Origin: Yuukianura sp. NJ FZ-2021
Taxonomy: Eukaryota
Direction of reading: 5' to 3'
NCBI GenBank assembly: GCA_046563655.1
Contig: CM102284.1
Location: 5,456,001-5,520,000 of the forward strand
Length of the DNA stretch: 64,000 bases
A model generated the notes under the pieces. It did not search any database and was not told the origin of the DNA. It was given only the letters and a program-made list of their open reading frames with translations. The translations under genes and the position numbers were made by a program. Positions 23,221 to 36,050 of this stretch are shown piece by piece (position 1 is the stretch's first letter; the number at the start of each line of letters is the position of its first letter).

Positions 23221-25304
23221 AAACTGCACGAGATATTTAAATTCTGAAAAAAAAAACGAAAAAATTTCAACAAACCCAATCAATTCAGATTTTCAGAATA
23301 TTTTCAAATTTTGAGTTGTTCTGTATTGTTTTTCAAATTTTTAGAAACAAAGTCACATCAATTAATCACTGCTGAACTTTTAATCTTAATTTGGTCATTG
23401 TTTGAATTTTCCCATCCATTAACTTGGGCACCTGAAAAAGTTTTATTACATTCAAGCAGCAGGAGGGATTGCAATATTCTCAAAATTGGAACAATTCCCA
23501 ATTAGAACCTCCAAATTGACATTTTGAGTCTCTTGTGAGGACTAATGATAAAATATGGTACTTAATTCTGCAATGTCTCACTTTCCTCGTTTTGTGTTCA
23601 GCAGAAGTTGAGACAACGCGCTTCCATTAACACCTTTACTTTAATTAGCTCAGCCTCCCTACTTTACATGATCTCTTCACATAGATTCAGGGCAACAAGG
23701 AAGTGTGAACAAAGAAGAAGTTTTAACAAAAGATTTTAGAACAAGGGAAATGTGTTGTTTGCTTTCCACAATTTTCTCTCAGTAGGATATCTTTGTTGTG
23801 ATCTATCAGATCTTTATCTTGATTAAGCCTCCCACAGGATTAATTATCAAAACAAAGATTCAAGCTATTCATCCACACCTTACTTTAGGCGTGATTCTTC
23901 TTGAAATGTCACCTAAGGCTCATCTAACCTAACTAACCTAATCGAAATTTTAGCCTAAGCAACCTGCATCCTGTTCTAAAGAAAGATTGATCTTAGACTG
24001 GATTGAACCAATCAAAAATCTTCTTAGTTACGGAAACCGGAAATTATCCGCAACCTAATGAAATTGGAAAACGTTAAGCTAGGTACAGGAACGCCCGAGG
24101 GCATAAATAAATTAGGCCGCAATTAATAAGACCAAAATCAAAAATTCTCGTAAAAATTTCAAATTTTGGCTTTTAATTTTTTCTTGGAAAATATTTTCAA
24201 TTCTATTGTCATTTCTTGATTGTCTCTCTTTTTCTCTATGATTCTGAGTTGAAAATTGTCAGTTTATAAGTCACGAGTAAACCATTACGTTTTTTTTCTT
24301 GTCGAAAGTTATAATCCACTTTTCAGGATCCACGAAGCGCTCAATTCCCCTCTTTTCAAATTTTCGAAATTTACAATTTATGACCTGACAATTTCTAATA
24401 CTCAGAAAAAGTCTTTAGAATTGACACAAATTGATCAATGAGGAGCCACGGTAATTAGCAACCTCTAAGCGGCATGGGATCTTTGTCACCTCCGGAAACC
24501 AAAATTTTCAAATTTTGATTTTCAATACGCATCTTCCATTAAGAAAAGTAGGGAGTCATCATGATTAAATCCTAAGTACTTCCACAACAAAGGTGCCAAT
24601 GAACCAAAGATCTGCCAGTGGACCAAAGATGCTGAGGAGAAGATGAAGATTAGCAGATGAAGGTGGTTATTAAAAGAAACGCCAAAATTAGCAACGAAAG
24701 TTATCTCAAGCCTTCGTTCTCAAGAGTAGACAGGGGAGGGGGTGTTTCAAGGGGGAAATTGCACATAAAATGACATATGTGGGCAGAGGTACCTCTCAAA
24801 ATTTAACCCCCCCCCCTTCAATTGTGACATCCTAGTCCTACTTTCTTCGAGAAGTGGCGGCGGTGGGACCGGTGGGTGGGGAGGACAATCGTTTAAAGTT
24901 GGTGAATTCATAATTAGGACTGCTGTCAATTTCGTATGTGGCACGGGGTAGGAAGAGGGTAGGTTTGAAGTCTTTTACTTTGGCGAAATGGTCTCCTCTC
25001 CCCGGCACTTTGCAAATTTTGGCCACAGAATTTGCAGGGATTGCGAATTTTTGGGCCCCTCAACTAACCATAGCCCTTGTTCGCCCCCTACGTTAGCGAT
25101 TTACCAAGAAGTTTTCTTTTTTCAGGGCCGAAGAAGACTTTTCTCCTTCACACAGTTCTTGTTTCTGTTGCAATTGAAAGAGAAAACAAGTGGCAACTGT
25201 TAAGATCTTAACTTTGTTTACACAGTTCAAAATTTTTGGGAAAAAAGTTTTTCGAGAAAAAGTAATTTTCTAGGTAGTTGTAGTTTTAGTTTTCAAAATT
25301 TAAA

Positions 25305-26981
25305 ATGGTCTCATCAACTTCTCAGCATCCGGATTACTTTGCGCTGATTTACAGAAAAGTAAGAGAAACTTTCGAATTCACTTGACATTTTGGAAAGATT
25401 TTGCGTCGGTTGCTCCTTTAAATTTGATATTCAAAATTTTTAATAAGATTTTCGAAGTTTGTAAATCATTTTGTATACGCAAAAGAATAGCTTGGATATT
25501 TTGAATATAAAATCAAATAACTTAAAACGGGAAAAGCCTCTCTTTTTCAATTTTTTCAAAATTTTATTCTTAATTTTCAGATTCCACTTCATATTGTGCT
25601 CTTGGCATTCCTGGCATTCACTTTGAGTAAATTTAGTGCCCATGGTATTGTGACCGCTCCAGAAACAACTCCATTTCAAAGTGACCTCAGAGTACTTCTT
25701 CACCCATCGACTCTTTTGCATCGGAGGTCAACCAGAGCAAGTAATGCAGCAACGAGTTCGAATCCTACTGGAGCCAACCGATGGATACCCGCAATTCACC
25801 CCAAATTTCGCAGCCCCATGGAAGGACGCTTTCCACATCAAAGGGCAATTGGTCCACTGCAACCTCCGCAGCATCAGCAGTACTTTTTCCAAAATAATTT
25901 AAGACCTCGTCCGCCCCAGCAGCAGCAGTACATGCCTCAAAAACCACCAACAAGACTTCAACTTACGCGACCTTCACAACCAGAACCCACGCCAAAACCG
26001 ATTGGCCAGCCATCTCTACTGTACGCTGCTTCTGAAGCGTCATCAGCAAGAGAACGGCCTTCAGACGTTTACCTTCCAGCGCCTCCAAGTAACCACCCTT
26101 CAGATGGTTACCGTCCACCACCGTCTCCAGGTAACCAACCTGCTGGAGGTTACACTCCAGTACTTCCAAGGAACCAGCCAAATACTGATTATCATCAAGC
26201 ATCTCCGGGTAACAAACAAAATACTGGTGGTTACTTTCCAGGTCCAAACGGTAACCACCGACCAACGGAAAGTTACCACCCGTTGCCACCGGGAAATCCG
26301 CAACCTCCAGAAAGTTATCTTCCTGTTCCACCATCCTCTGAAACTAAAACTGCTGCAGATGAGTTAGTTAACAATCCAAGTGACAGTGAACTTCGGTTTT
26401 TATTTCATCGTCCAGAAGATGAAAATTTGATCAAATCCTCAATTTTGAAAGAATCGGAACGCTACAACGAAAAAGTCACATTTGTAAGAGGACCGACACT
26501 AAAATTTCAACGAAGACAAACAATCTACTTACCACCAAAAAAGAAAAGTGTCATTTACATTATGTTGAAAGAACCACAAGTTCAAACGGATCTGGAGGTC
26601 ATTGAACCCCAAGGAGACATCACACCAGAGGTCAACATTGTTTATGAAAAAGCTGGAGGAGTAATTACAAAACATTACTATGCTGCAGAAGATAAACCGT
26701 CGCAGCATCCTGGTGGGGCAGTGGGAGGTTATGGTGGCTCTGCAAATGGTAGGACAGTTTCACTCTCAGAATTTCCTGCACCTCAACAGGATCTGACCGG
26801 AAGTGGGTCAGATGTCAAAAGTATTAGGATACAGTTACCATTTGTTAAGAATTCCACCAATTCAACCTTTGACCCTGTCATAGAAGACGGAAAGAAGAGA
26901 AGTTTTCAACCCCAAGTGAAAGTACCGGTATTTACTCCTAATAATTCCTGTCAATCTGCTACTTTCAGCAAGAAACTGTGA
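25305..26981 (+). CDS. Pro-rich secreted cuticle protein with a Tweedle/DUF243-like domain. Exons 25305-25358 and 25581-26981
   Basis: Signal peptide, repeated YxPP motifs, then EKVTFVRGP / KSVIYIMLKEP / TPEVNIVYE, which resemble the Tweedle blocks (YKIIFIKAP / KTLVYVLVKKP / KPEVYFIKY). Confidence 0.75.
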
Positions 26982-27436
26982 AGATCTTGAACAAACTGTG
27001 AATTTAAAATTTTCAAAAAAGCTGAAACAAAAGAAACTAGTCTGACCGACACCTCCAACTCAGAAGCCAGCATTTCAGTTATATTTGCAAAAATTTGATG
27101 TGAAATTGCGAAATTGTAAAAATTCACAACTTTCTCTTCATATTTTTCGTTTTTCCAAAAAATTCTTGAACTAATGCCGAAGTGAAAGTTCGTTCCTGAC
27201 GATATGATGGACTACGTTTTCATGTTTTAATCATAGACTAAAGAATTTTTTTATAAAATTTTCGAATTTTTGGAGTAAAATGCTTTTATGCATGCATTTC
27301 ATAATTTAGTTTGTGTTTGTGCTGCGGTGCGGCTGAAGTACTAAATGTTATTTTATTACTAAAATAATATATTACTAATAATTAAAATATGTTAATTTTA
27401 TTTTAAATTGTAATTTGAATACTGATTTACTTAGGT

Positions 27437-28215
27437 TTATTGATTGCTGACTCGAACTGGCAGGGAGTGGACGAATGTCCAGAAGACTTTGTAGGTTTTG
27501 AGGATTGTTGCTCTGTGGAGTTAAAAAATGTAATAAACATTAATTAAGATTTAATTAGAGACAAAGATGAACTTTGACCTTACAGAAAGGTCACACGCCC
27601 TTCGAATCCTGGAGGAGGCCTCCATATCACTTCCACATCATCGTTGTACTGGCTGTTTGAGTGAGAAACAGCATTCTAAAAATTCAAAAGTGAAAGTTTT
27701 TTCTTTCCTATTTTTCGAGTTTTTTAAAAACAACTTGAATTTCAGTGTTTTATTTCAAAATTACGCCAGTCAATTCACCGCAGTCAAAGACGTTTAGTCC
27801 AAAAGTGTTTTGGAAGCGCCCGATGGAATCCTGCCATCTTTGCTGCCAACTGCCAGTGGGTTTGGCCATTAGAACAAAACCCTTGAACCAGTGACCGCCG
27901 ATTGTAACTAGGTCAAAGGTCATATTTAGACAGAATCACCTAGGTTAATGTCTATTAACCTAAAATGTCTATAGCAATGCTCAGTACTTTAGCAAAAGGT
28001 TACCTACCTGTGACAGATTCATTTGATCGTATTGTTCTTCTGTCGAGAGAGATGAAGTATGGGCAGGGATCTCTCTGTTGAGCCACTCCATGGACAGGAT
28101 AGAGAGACTTGCATGTTGACGGTGGTGCTCCACTTGACCAACCGCTGACTTCCGAGGTCAGTAGGTCAATCAACACAAACACACACAGAATGATACGAGA
28201 GTAAGCGCTTAACAT
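27437..28215 (-). CDS. Secreted reeler-domain (putative defense) protein, 4 exons
   Basis: Signal peptide followed by GAPPSTCKSLYPVHG, FKGFVLMA, IGRF, AVSHSN, VIWRPP, VTFL|ATI..YKVFW. Confidence 0.9.
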
Positions 28216-28511
28216 AGTACAGGTTTAGACATAACCTAAGTACAACCTGGATAATTGTAAACGCTTGGATACTAATTAAATTCGTATTCCTAGAACCACT
28301 AAAATCTAAAGAAGTAATGGCGTTGTAAAAATCGGTGAAAACGACCAAGTTAAAAAGTACATAGTAACGCTAGTCCATTGTTTTGTTTAGATTTATAAGT
28401 TCCGTTTGAGAAAATCCTGAAAAGACAGGCAACGTTTTTAATTAACAATATCCGTAGTTTCTCAATAAACACGTTCATTGGAAGAGGTCAAAGGTCACGG
28501 TTGAAAGGAAA

Positions 28512-28945
28512 ATGGTAACAGCCAAGCATCACCTAAGCTTTCTTTGGTCGAATTTTGTAACTTTACTAACGATTTGTCGTATTTTACTTGTATTTTCGAA
28601 ATGCGCAACTGCAGAGTTCCTCCTGTTGCGTTCCTGAGTACAACTACGGCACAGCGCCATGCCTCAAACCTTTGACCTTGAGTCCAGTGTCCATGATCAA
28701 CATTCCCTGCTGTCGTTCCTTCATGGACTGCTGCATTCGTGAGTACTGTGACCCTGAACCCAAGCTCCTCCCACTCGTCATCATCGCGTCGTCTCCACCA
28801 CGACCCAAGTGCCCTCCAGCCCCACAAAAATTCCCGTGTAGCTGCGGTGAGCTTGTCTGTTTTTTTAAACAAAATGAAAATTTTGTTTTATTTGGAAATC
28901 TTTAATTTGCTTACAGTTTGTCGCTCCTGCTGCTTCATTCGTTAG
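28512..28945 (+). CDS. Small (87 aa) Cys/Pro-rich protein. Exons 28512-28514, 28615-28846, 28917-28945
   Basis: ATG|gtaaca donor, TACTAAC branch point, CAG acceptor, second intron gtgagc..ttacag. The product MSSSCCVPEY...CSCVCRSCCFIR* has 14 Cys. Confidence 0.7.
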
Positions 28946-29159
28946 AAGTTGGTTGACGTTGAAACTGGGACTACGAAATTCTTCTTGAAAAGGTCACAAG
29001 GTCACACTTTGTTATGGTTTCATGTACACGAAATCCAAATTATAACAAAATTTGCAAAATTAAAGTTTAAGAAAATTTGAACAGAGTATTAATAAAATTT
29101 AATTCAAGTCTAACATAGTAATAATTACATTTTATAGTTAAAATCATTTCTTATAATGT

Positions 29160-29492
29160 AAATGAACAGTGAGTGTCGGTTGGTGCGAAGACACGGTGTG
29201 ATTTGTGTTGATTTTTGCGTGTCGTGCAGACTGCTATCCAAAAAATGGACACTCGATTTTGGCCGGATGCTATGCGGATATTACGCGGAACAAAAAGGTT
29301 CACGCCTTTTTCAACTTTCTTGTGACGTCACTTACTTTTACTTTGTGACGTCACTTATCTTATCTCGCATTCCCTATACTGGCATTCCCAGCATCCGCCT
29401 TCACGGAAGAAATTGCTTTATTTTTATCTGGCGTCCAGTTGCAGCAATAATAATTTCTCAGCAATTTGAGTATCCTAATTGATTTTAGATTA
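29160..29492 (+). repeat. Interspersed repeat family B, copy 1
   Basis: Reverse-complement match to about 59980-60383, including TTTTGCGTGTCGTGCAGACTGCTAT, CTCGATTTTGGCCGGATGCTA and GCAATAATAATTTCTCAGCAATT. Confidence 0.9.
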
Positions 29493-29603
29493 TGCAGAGC
29501 TAAAATTTTCAGTTTTACGTTGAAATGAAAAAGTTTGTGTGGTAAAACATTAAAAGTTTCTCATTTTAATTAAAATCACAAATAAATAATAATACTTTAT
29601 GTA

Positions 29604-31197
29604 TTAATCTAGGCGTGTGTCGTGACCTCCTTCCCAAACCGGGTATCTGAGTCTATTACAGTCATAGAACCAAGGAAGGATTGCAATATCCTTCATTTCT
29701 TCTGCAATTGAAGTTAAATTGACAGTTCTCTTCAAATTGATTTTCGGTGTTGCTCCACGACGAATTTCCAAGTCTCGAATTTCATTATTTTCTAAACTTT
29801 TTTGAAAATCTGTGAGTTCTGCAATCGTTGGAGCACATTCTGTACATGAAATGTCTCTCATCAGTTGATATGGTAAGTACCCGTAGTGTGTCATGTGCAT
29901 CCCACCAAGAAGAAACTTCGGACTGTACCCTCGCATTCTTCCGGGCGCTTTTTTCTTGTTTTTACTAAACTGTACAGCAGTTTCCAGTGACCAGAATGTA
30001 GGATCACCAAGAGTATAGGGATGTCCAGGGACTGGAAAATCCGTTTTGAAGGCCTGCTTAATGTGGCCAAATGGAAACCATATTCCGATGTCGACGCTTG
30101 TCCCGTCAACGTTACAGTATTTCATCATGTGCAGAATTTCTCTGCTGGGAATTTCATCAGCATCACCAAATCCTGAATTTAAAGGGGAAAAAGTAAAAAA
30201 AAATTGAAAATTTTGAATTCTTTTAGTGTTTCTAAAACTCGCCTATGAGATCAGTAGAATTGAAAAACTTGCGAACTTCGTTCCATTCCAGGAACTTGGT
30301 CCAGCGTAACGATTCTTGTAATTGTTCCATTTGCCAAATGTTAGTCTTATCTACGAGTTTCGTTGAATTGATATAAATTTGACTAGCTTTGGCTCCTTGA
30401 GCATCGTCGATTATAAAATGTGTAATTTTGTCTGCAAACTTTCTAAATCGATCTTGATCCTTAACTTTCTCCCACATCAGCGGTTTTCTCAGTGTTCTAA
30501 AGTGGGATTTGGTGGCTTCAATAATAAAAAACTGATCAACAACGTCATAAACTTCGTTAAGATAAACTTCTAGAACGTCCACTCCAAACCCAAATTGAAT
30601 CAAAACTCCAATTTTTGGTAGTGGACCACTGCGCAGAGTTCCATTGAATGCTGTTCCATGACCTTCACACTTGATCTGCGCAGGTTCTGGTAGCATTGGA
30701 GGCTTGCAACTGGCGTTAACAAGCATGCGAGGTTCCATTTCCAGAAACGGGGTAAGTCGCAGCATCAGATCTTCCTGGAAGTCTTCAATTTTTTCAATCT
30801 GGGCTGTCGTATATTTTGATCGGTTGATTTCTACTTTGAATGCTTCCCAATCAAATGTACTAAAAGCTCTTCGAAAGCAAGATCCAATGGGTGGCCACTC
30901 TGGAACGTTCTGATTCTGCGCGTCGTCTTTTTGGTTAACACTGTATGCGCTTCCAATAACTGGCGGTGGACGCCATTTTTGTTCTGATTGTGAATTTGGC
31001 CGTGGAAGAGCTTCTAGAAGTTGGTTGATTTCGGGATCAGGATGCTGAGTATCAATCATGTATATTAGAACAAATACTCCGAAGGCTCCAATCAAAATGT
31101 ACAAATACGAACTTCTTCTTCTGAAAACCAAAAATGAAAATTTCAATTTCCGAAATCAATTTCAAAAATGTAATGCCTCCACTCACCGGTGTTCCAT
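29604..31197 (-). CDS. Glycosyltransferase family 17 (MGAT3/GnT-III-like) type II membrane protein, 3 exons
   Basis: N-terminal TM helix, DVLEVYLNEVYDVVDQFFIIEA..H...KPL, WQMEQLQ, GDADEIPS (DxD motif) and GGMHMT. Confidence 0.85.
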
Positions 31198-31894
31198 GAT
31201 ACTGAAGTTGTTTCTAAAAGAAGCCATGCTTCATTTGACGCCTACACTATTGAAAAATAATATGGGTCAAAAAGTTACGGAAAAAATGAAAGAACTAAAA
31301 TTTTGAAGTGTGCAAATTGTAAGATTAGATTAGGCATATCAAATAACGGATGAAGATCACTACAACTAACCAGGCATCGAATTTACCAATGCCATTTTTG
31401 TACAGCAATTGTACAAACTTGGTAAAAAAAAAGTAGCAAGTGTTGAGTAACCACGGACTGACGACTAATAAATCATGTAGTACGACAATTACAATTGGAT
31501 GTCAATACTAACCTCAATGACGCTTCGCTTCATTTCCGACGAAGATTAGGGTTAGTGGGATACGGATGATGCGCTGATGCGTTAAACACGTATGAATCAG
31601 TATGTACTTGTCTCAGGCTAAACAATAATTTACACCTCCTAAGTTGTCATCAAGCTTACTAAAAAGTTCCGTTTCATTTGAATCTGACAGATTCTTCAAA
31701 AATGTTAAGCAAACAACGCATCTGAAAGCTTTTGCTAAGGTAGGTGCTAATCAAAGTTAAGTTCGTTGGCATTGGCAAGGAACGTTTTACTTCCACAGCA
31801 AAACTGCGTGAGACAAAATTAAAATTATTCCAAGTTGTAAAATGTAAAATTATGAAAAAGTTACTAAAATTACTCGTGATTATTCTCACAATCA

Positions 31895-32902
31895 CTAAAG
31901 AGGACGATACGAATATCTACGTTTTTGTCTGAACGTAAACGCTATGATGATGGAGACCAAGAAGAGCAGAGAAATAAATAGAAGGCCTTGGATCATCATA
32001 CTTTGGGCATCCGCTGTGCAGTAAGAACCTAGTTAAACAAAGTGATCAATGAAAATCTTATTTCCTCACACTTTTGAAACAATTTACATACTAGTTTAGA
32101 GAATTCAGTTTTTCAAAATCGTGTAATTTACGTACGGAGAGAAAATTCGGACGGTTCTCCGCCAACCGGAGTTTCGTGAAACGGCTGAACCTGGACATGC
32201 GACATTCTTAGAAAGCCTCCAGCCATGTCGAGCGGCAGTTCCTGTTCGGATTCACAGTAATATGAAAGTTGCAACGGCGCCGTCCAAAGTGCCAAGAAGT
32301 TTCCAGTGAACGTAAATACGCGTCCTAAGAGAAAGTTCATCAAAATCTTTCGTTATTTTCAGTATGAGTAGAAGTTTTCTTTTTACAAAAATGATTCTAA
32401 TTTACCAGGAATCGCTGCGGCTGGAAACTGAATCGGATTCGTGTGAATGGTAGCTTTGATTCTGGTTAATTTGAAGTATCCGTCATGCTCTTTGTGTTCA
32501 GCGCTTCCATTTTGGTTGAAAGTGAAGTCCACAACATTCAAGGTCGAAGAATCAGCACCCGGGGTTGGCCAGGTCAGTGAAATATCTTGTTGCCATTTTT
32601 CGCAAGTCCCGTTGGCTGTGCCACTTTTTGGAATTTCAACATCAGCCACGCCAATCTAAAAGAACAATAGAAAAATTCAAATTAAAATTTCAATTACACA
32701 ACTAATTAGTATGTTTTGTACGTACCTCTCCATCTCGAAGTAGGTAAGGAATTGTAAATACAAAGTCACCGGTAAGAAGTGCACAAGTTTCATTTCTGTT
32801 GTTGGGGTCGTGAATTTGCCAATTTGCAACATATGAAGGGGCCCAAGTACTTTGGATCCATGGAACGACGAGCAGAATCAACCAAATCGATTCAAGAATC
32901 AT
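31895..32902 (-). CDS. Single-domain LAMP (lysosome-associated membrane glycoprotein)-like protein, 4 exons
   Basis: Signal peptide, TCALL, IP..ANGTC, SYYCESEQ, VQVQPF, C.AD, a TM helix and tail RQKRRYSYRPL* ending in a YXXphi motif. Confidence 0.8.
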
Positions 32903-33362
32903 TGAAGCTCGTACGCGTAGTAGAACTGAAGGTCAATTTACTGAAGTTGAAGGTTGAACATAGTTTGTTGGTCAGGGCCGGCGGTTGAAGGCACACTGGA
33001 GTAAATTTGGGTTTGGGTTACTGTTTTTATCAAAAATCAAACAATTTTTAGAAACTTAAGCTTTTGTGGAGCTTCTTTCTTCAAAAGAACACAAAAAGTT
33101 TACTATTAAAAGCTTTGAGAGTTTTTTTTTATACGTGTGAGTCAGGATCAGAAGAATCAGAAGACCGCCAGCCCAGAAGATTAGTTTTATGCACGAGGTC
33201 ATAGTTCCATGACCTTGACAAAAGTAAAGAACCGGCTGTGTCAAGTTTTTCGGTATAAACAAACACATAACACCAGAACCACAGGTTCAGGAACAGAGAT
33301 AAGCACAAACACTTACACAGGCTGCCAGATCTTCCTTGACACTTGGACAATGTTAAGAAATA

Positions 33363-34617
33363 TTAGTCATCGTAGTTTTGACGAGCCAACTGGGGATTAA
33401 ACTGAGAATTATACTTCTGTTTCATGATTGGTGCTCGGAAGTCTGAAGGTTGCGATCGCTTGCGTTCACGTTCCTGATCAGTGGCTGGAACTTCTGGAAC
33501 GTCACCACGAAGCGATGCAAGAAGCTTTTCAGTCTTTCTTCGCTCTTCACGCTCTCTTTCCAGTCGTTCTGATCGTAACTGCTCCAGTCGCTTCTGTTTT
33601 TCAATTTCTTCAGAATCGGAGTCGCTGCCACTGCTATTTGATGAGCTTGAAGATTTATGATGTTTTGATCGCTTCGTCTTCTTTTCCTTCTTTGATTTGC
33701 GATGTTTCTTAGACTTTTTGGATTTGTGTAACTTGTGGTCCTTGCGTTTCTTAGATTCAGAAATTGACGAGGTTGTTGACTCGGAAGATTTCCGTTTGCG
33801 AGAAGTTTCAGTCTCGGCACATTTCTTGACACCGGAGGTTGATAAATACTTGCGGATGTCCTTCAGTGGATCTTCAAATTCCTTAAACTTTTCCAACTTC
33901 AGTTGGCCAAGGTCACTTGAGGAGGCTTCGGCGGAACTCGTACTCTGTTTGGGCTTGGAAAGTGATGTGATGTCCCGAGCAACCGATGAGGACTCGTACC
34001 ATGGTCGATCCTTCGTCTGTTCTATGCTGTTCTGTCCCAAATATACCAAGTATCCAATTTTCTTTTCATAGTCTTCTTGTTCCTTCTTCTTCTCTACTTC
34101 ATGCTCTTTATTGACTTCACTGTCCAATTTCTTTCCATCCTCTAGATCCTGGAAAAAATTAATGTGACCGTCACCTTGTGTCAAGTCAGCAACCTGAGCA
34201 AGCGGAATAGGTAGGTCCTCGCCAGTATCGACAACCCTCTGATTGGCTCTATCGCGTAGAAATGCGGTGCGGGATTCCTGTGCCTGAAAAATTCAATAAA
34301 AAAACAGTTTCACTCGCGAATAACTTGACTTTTCGTCATCATCATTTTAAATATTTCGCAATTCTCTGCTTACGGCCAATTGTATTCGTCGCTGTTTCTC
34401 CTTTTCTTTTTCTGCTGCTTCTGCTTCATCTTTACGTACTCGAGCGATATTCTTTTTTGTACGAACATGCCAACTACAAAAAATAAATCAGTCTAAATAA
34501 GTTATGCAACGATTAGTTTTCCTTCGTCTTAAACGTTAAAGTCAGCTGAGTAGTTTCTCATGTCAATTTGATTTCGTGGAGTCAAATACCTTACCTCTTA
34601 TGTGGTAAAATATTCAT
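33363..34617 (-). CDS. LENG1: Leukocyte receptor cluster member 1 homolog, 3 exons
   Basis: [43 protein letters not shown], a Lys-rich middle and C-terminal [12 protein letters not shown]. Confidence 0.92.
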
Positions 34618-35199
34618 CCTCGTGCTATGTACTGCTCCTCTAGTAGCTTAATTAAATGACGAACAAGTATGATAGTTTGGTCGATTAACGTTAGAAATTA
34701 ACGAAATACCAATTAATCGTCGCTGTGATTGCAGGAGTCAGCTGAGAGCAAGTCGAATTTTATTCTGCAATTTTCAAACTCACTATTTTTCCGCCACTGC
34801 CTCCTCAGCCAATGGCAGGAGGGGAACCTTTCGACAACCTTTTTGCTTCGTATAATCTCCGCATTGAAAAAGGCCAAAATCGGAGTAAAGTTTAGAGTTC
34901 GATTCCCGCAAACAGTCTGTACCAATTACAAATCACACTTCGATTATTTCCCAATCAGCGCTCACTGTACTACTTGCATGCGTTAATAAACTTTTTGAAT
35001 GGCGTATCCGTAATGTATTTTATAATAATTTATTTTATAATTCACAATGTATAAAGTATAAAATATGAACTTTTAAAGTTCATTGTGCTTATGAGATTTT
35101 ATGCGATCTTTAAAAAAGACCGTTCCTATTGAATTTGAGGGATTTTTTAACGCTGTAGCAATGAATCTTGTACACAGGTTAAAACCATACTGTATTCAA

Positions 35200-35213
35200 G
35201 TTTCCATGGCAAC
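35200..35213. promoter_or_regulatory. RFX-binding X-box upstream of CC2D2A
   Basis: GTTTCCATGGCAAC is a canonical X-box and lies upstream of a ciliary transition-zone gene. Confidence 0.8.
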
Positions 35214-36050
35214 CGATGATCACAACTGAAGGATGTAAAACAAATCAGATGTTGCAGAAATAGATTGTTACGGAGCAGAGCTTCCCCGATTGCGATTTCT
35301 TAAGGCTCTGTTATCGCGGCAACGAAGAGGTCTGATAACTACTGAAAATTGGCCATTTTCTAAAATCAGTTAAAAATCGTAGGATCGACGTAGAAGGGCA
35401 AGTAAGGTATCGAAACCTGCGGAAGAGCATGGCGGGGTATTCTATAGAGTCAAACTTCAAATACCTTAACCCGTTTAAAAGTTACAGCCGATAAAACAAA
35501 AGTAGGCACGAATAATCGTTGTTTTTTAGATTGAAGAGGTGGAATTTCTAATTTTTTATTCTATAGAAAACCCCGCAATCGCTTTTCACAAATTTTGATA
35601 CCATTAATCGTATTTCTATGCCCATCCTAAGGGTCCCTGGCACAAATTTTACAAACTGAGCAAAAATTCCGGAAGTTTAATTTCGAATTGAAGTAAATCA
35701 CCAAGACATCGGCAACTGTTCGTATGTTTGTACGAAAGGTAAAACGAATTTCCGTATTCCACTCTGATTCCTCCGCGGAGGGATTTGAATGAAAACGAAC
35801 AAATATGCCGATGTCTGTTGATAAACAGAAACTGATTTTGCAGTTGTTAACAGAAACGATTGATGTTAAATAATCAACAATAAGCCGTCCTTAACAAGTT
35901 TATTTAAAAAAAATGATCATTGATAAGTGCAAACCAAGCAAAGTTTAAAAAGTACTTGACAGCATTTGAAAAAAGAAACTTTGGTGTGGTTTTCCATCAC
36001 TCTCCTGTTTTTGTCCAGTTTACAGTAGTTTTTGACCTAAGTAAGTCGAA

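Noticed and set aside
24730..24900. G/C-run-rich patch as a G-quadruplex or regulatory element
   Set aside because: The runs are irregular and split between strands, so support is insufficient.
29162..29482. 106-aa ORF similar to ORFs at 60098-60411
   Set aside because: The similarity comes from the shared DNA repeat, and the frame is not preserved between copies.
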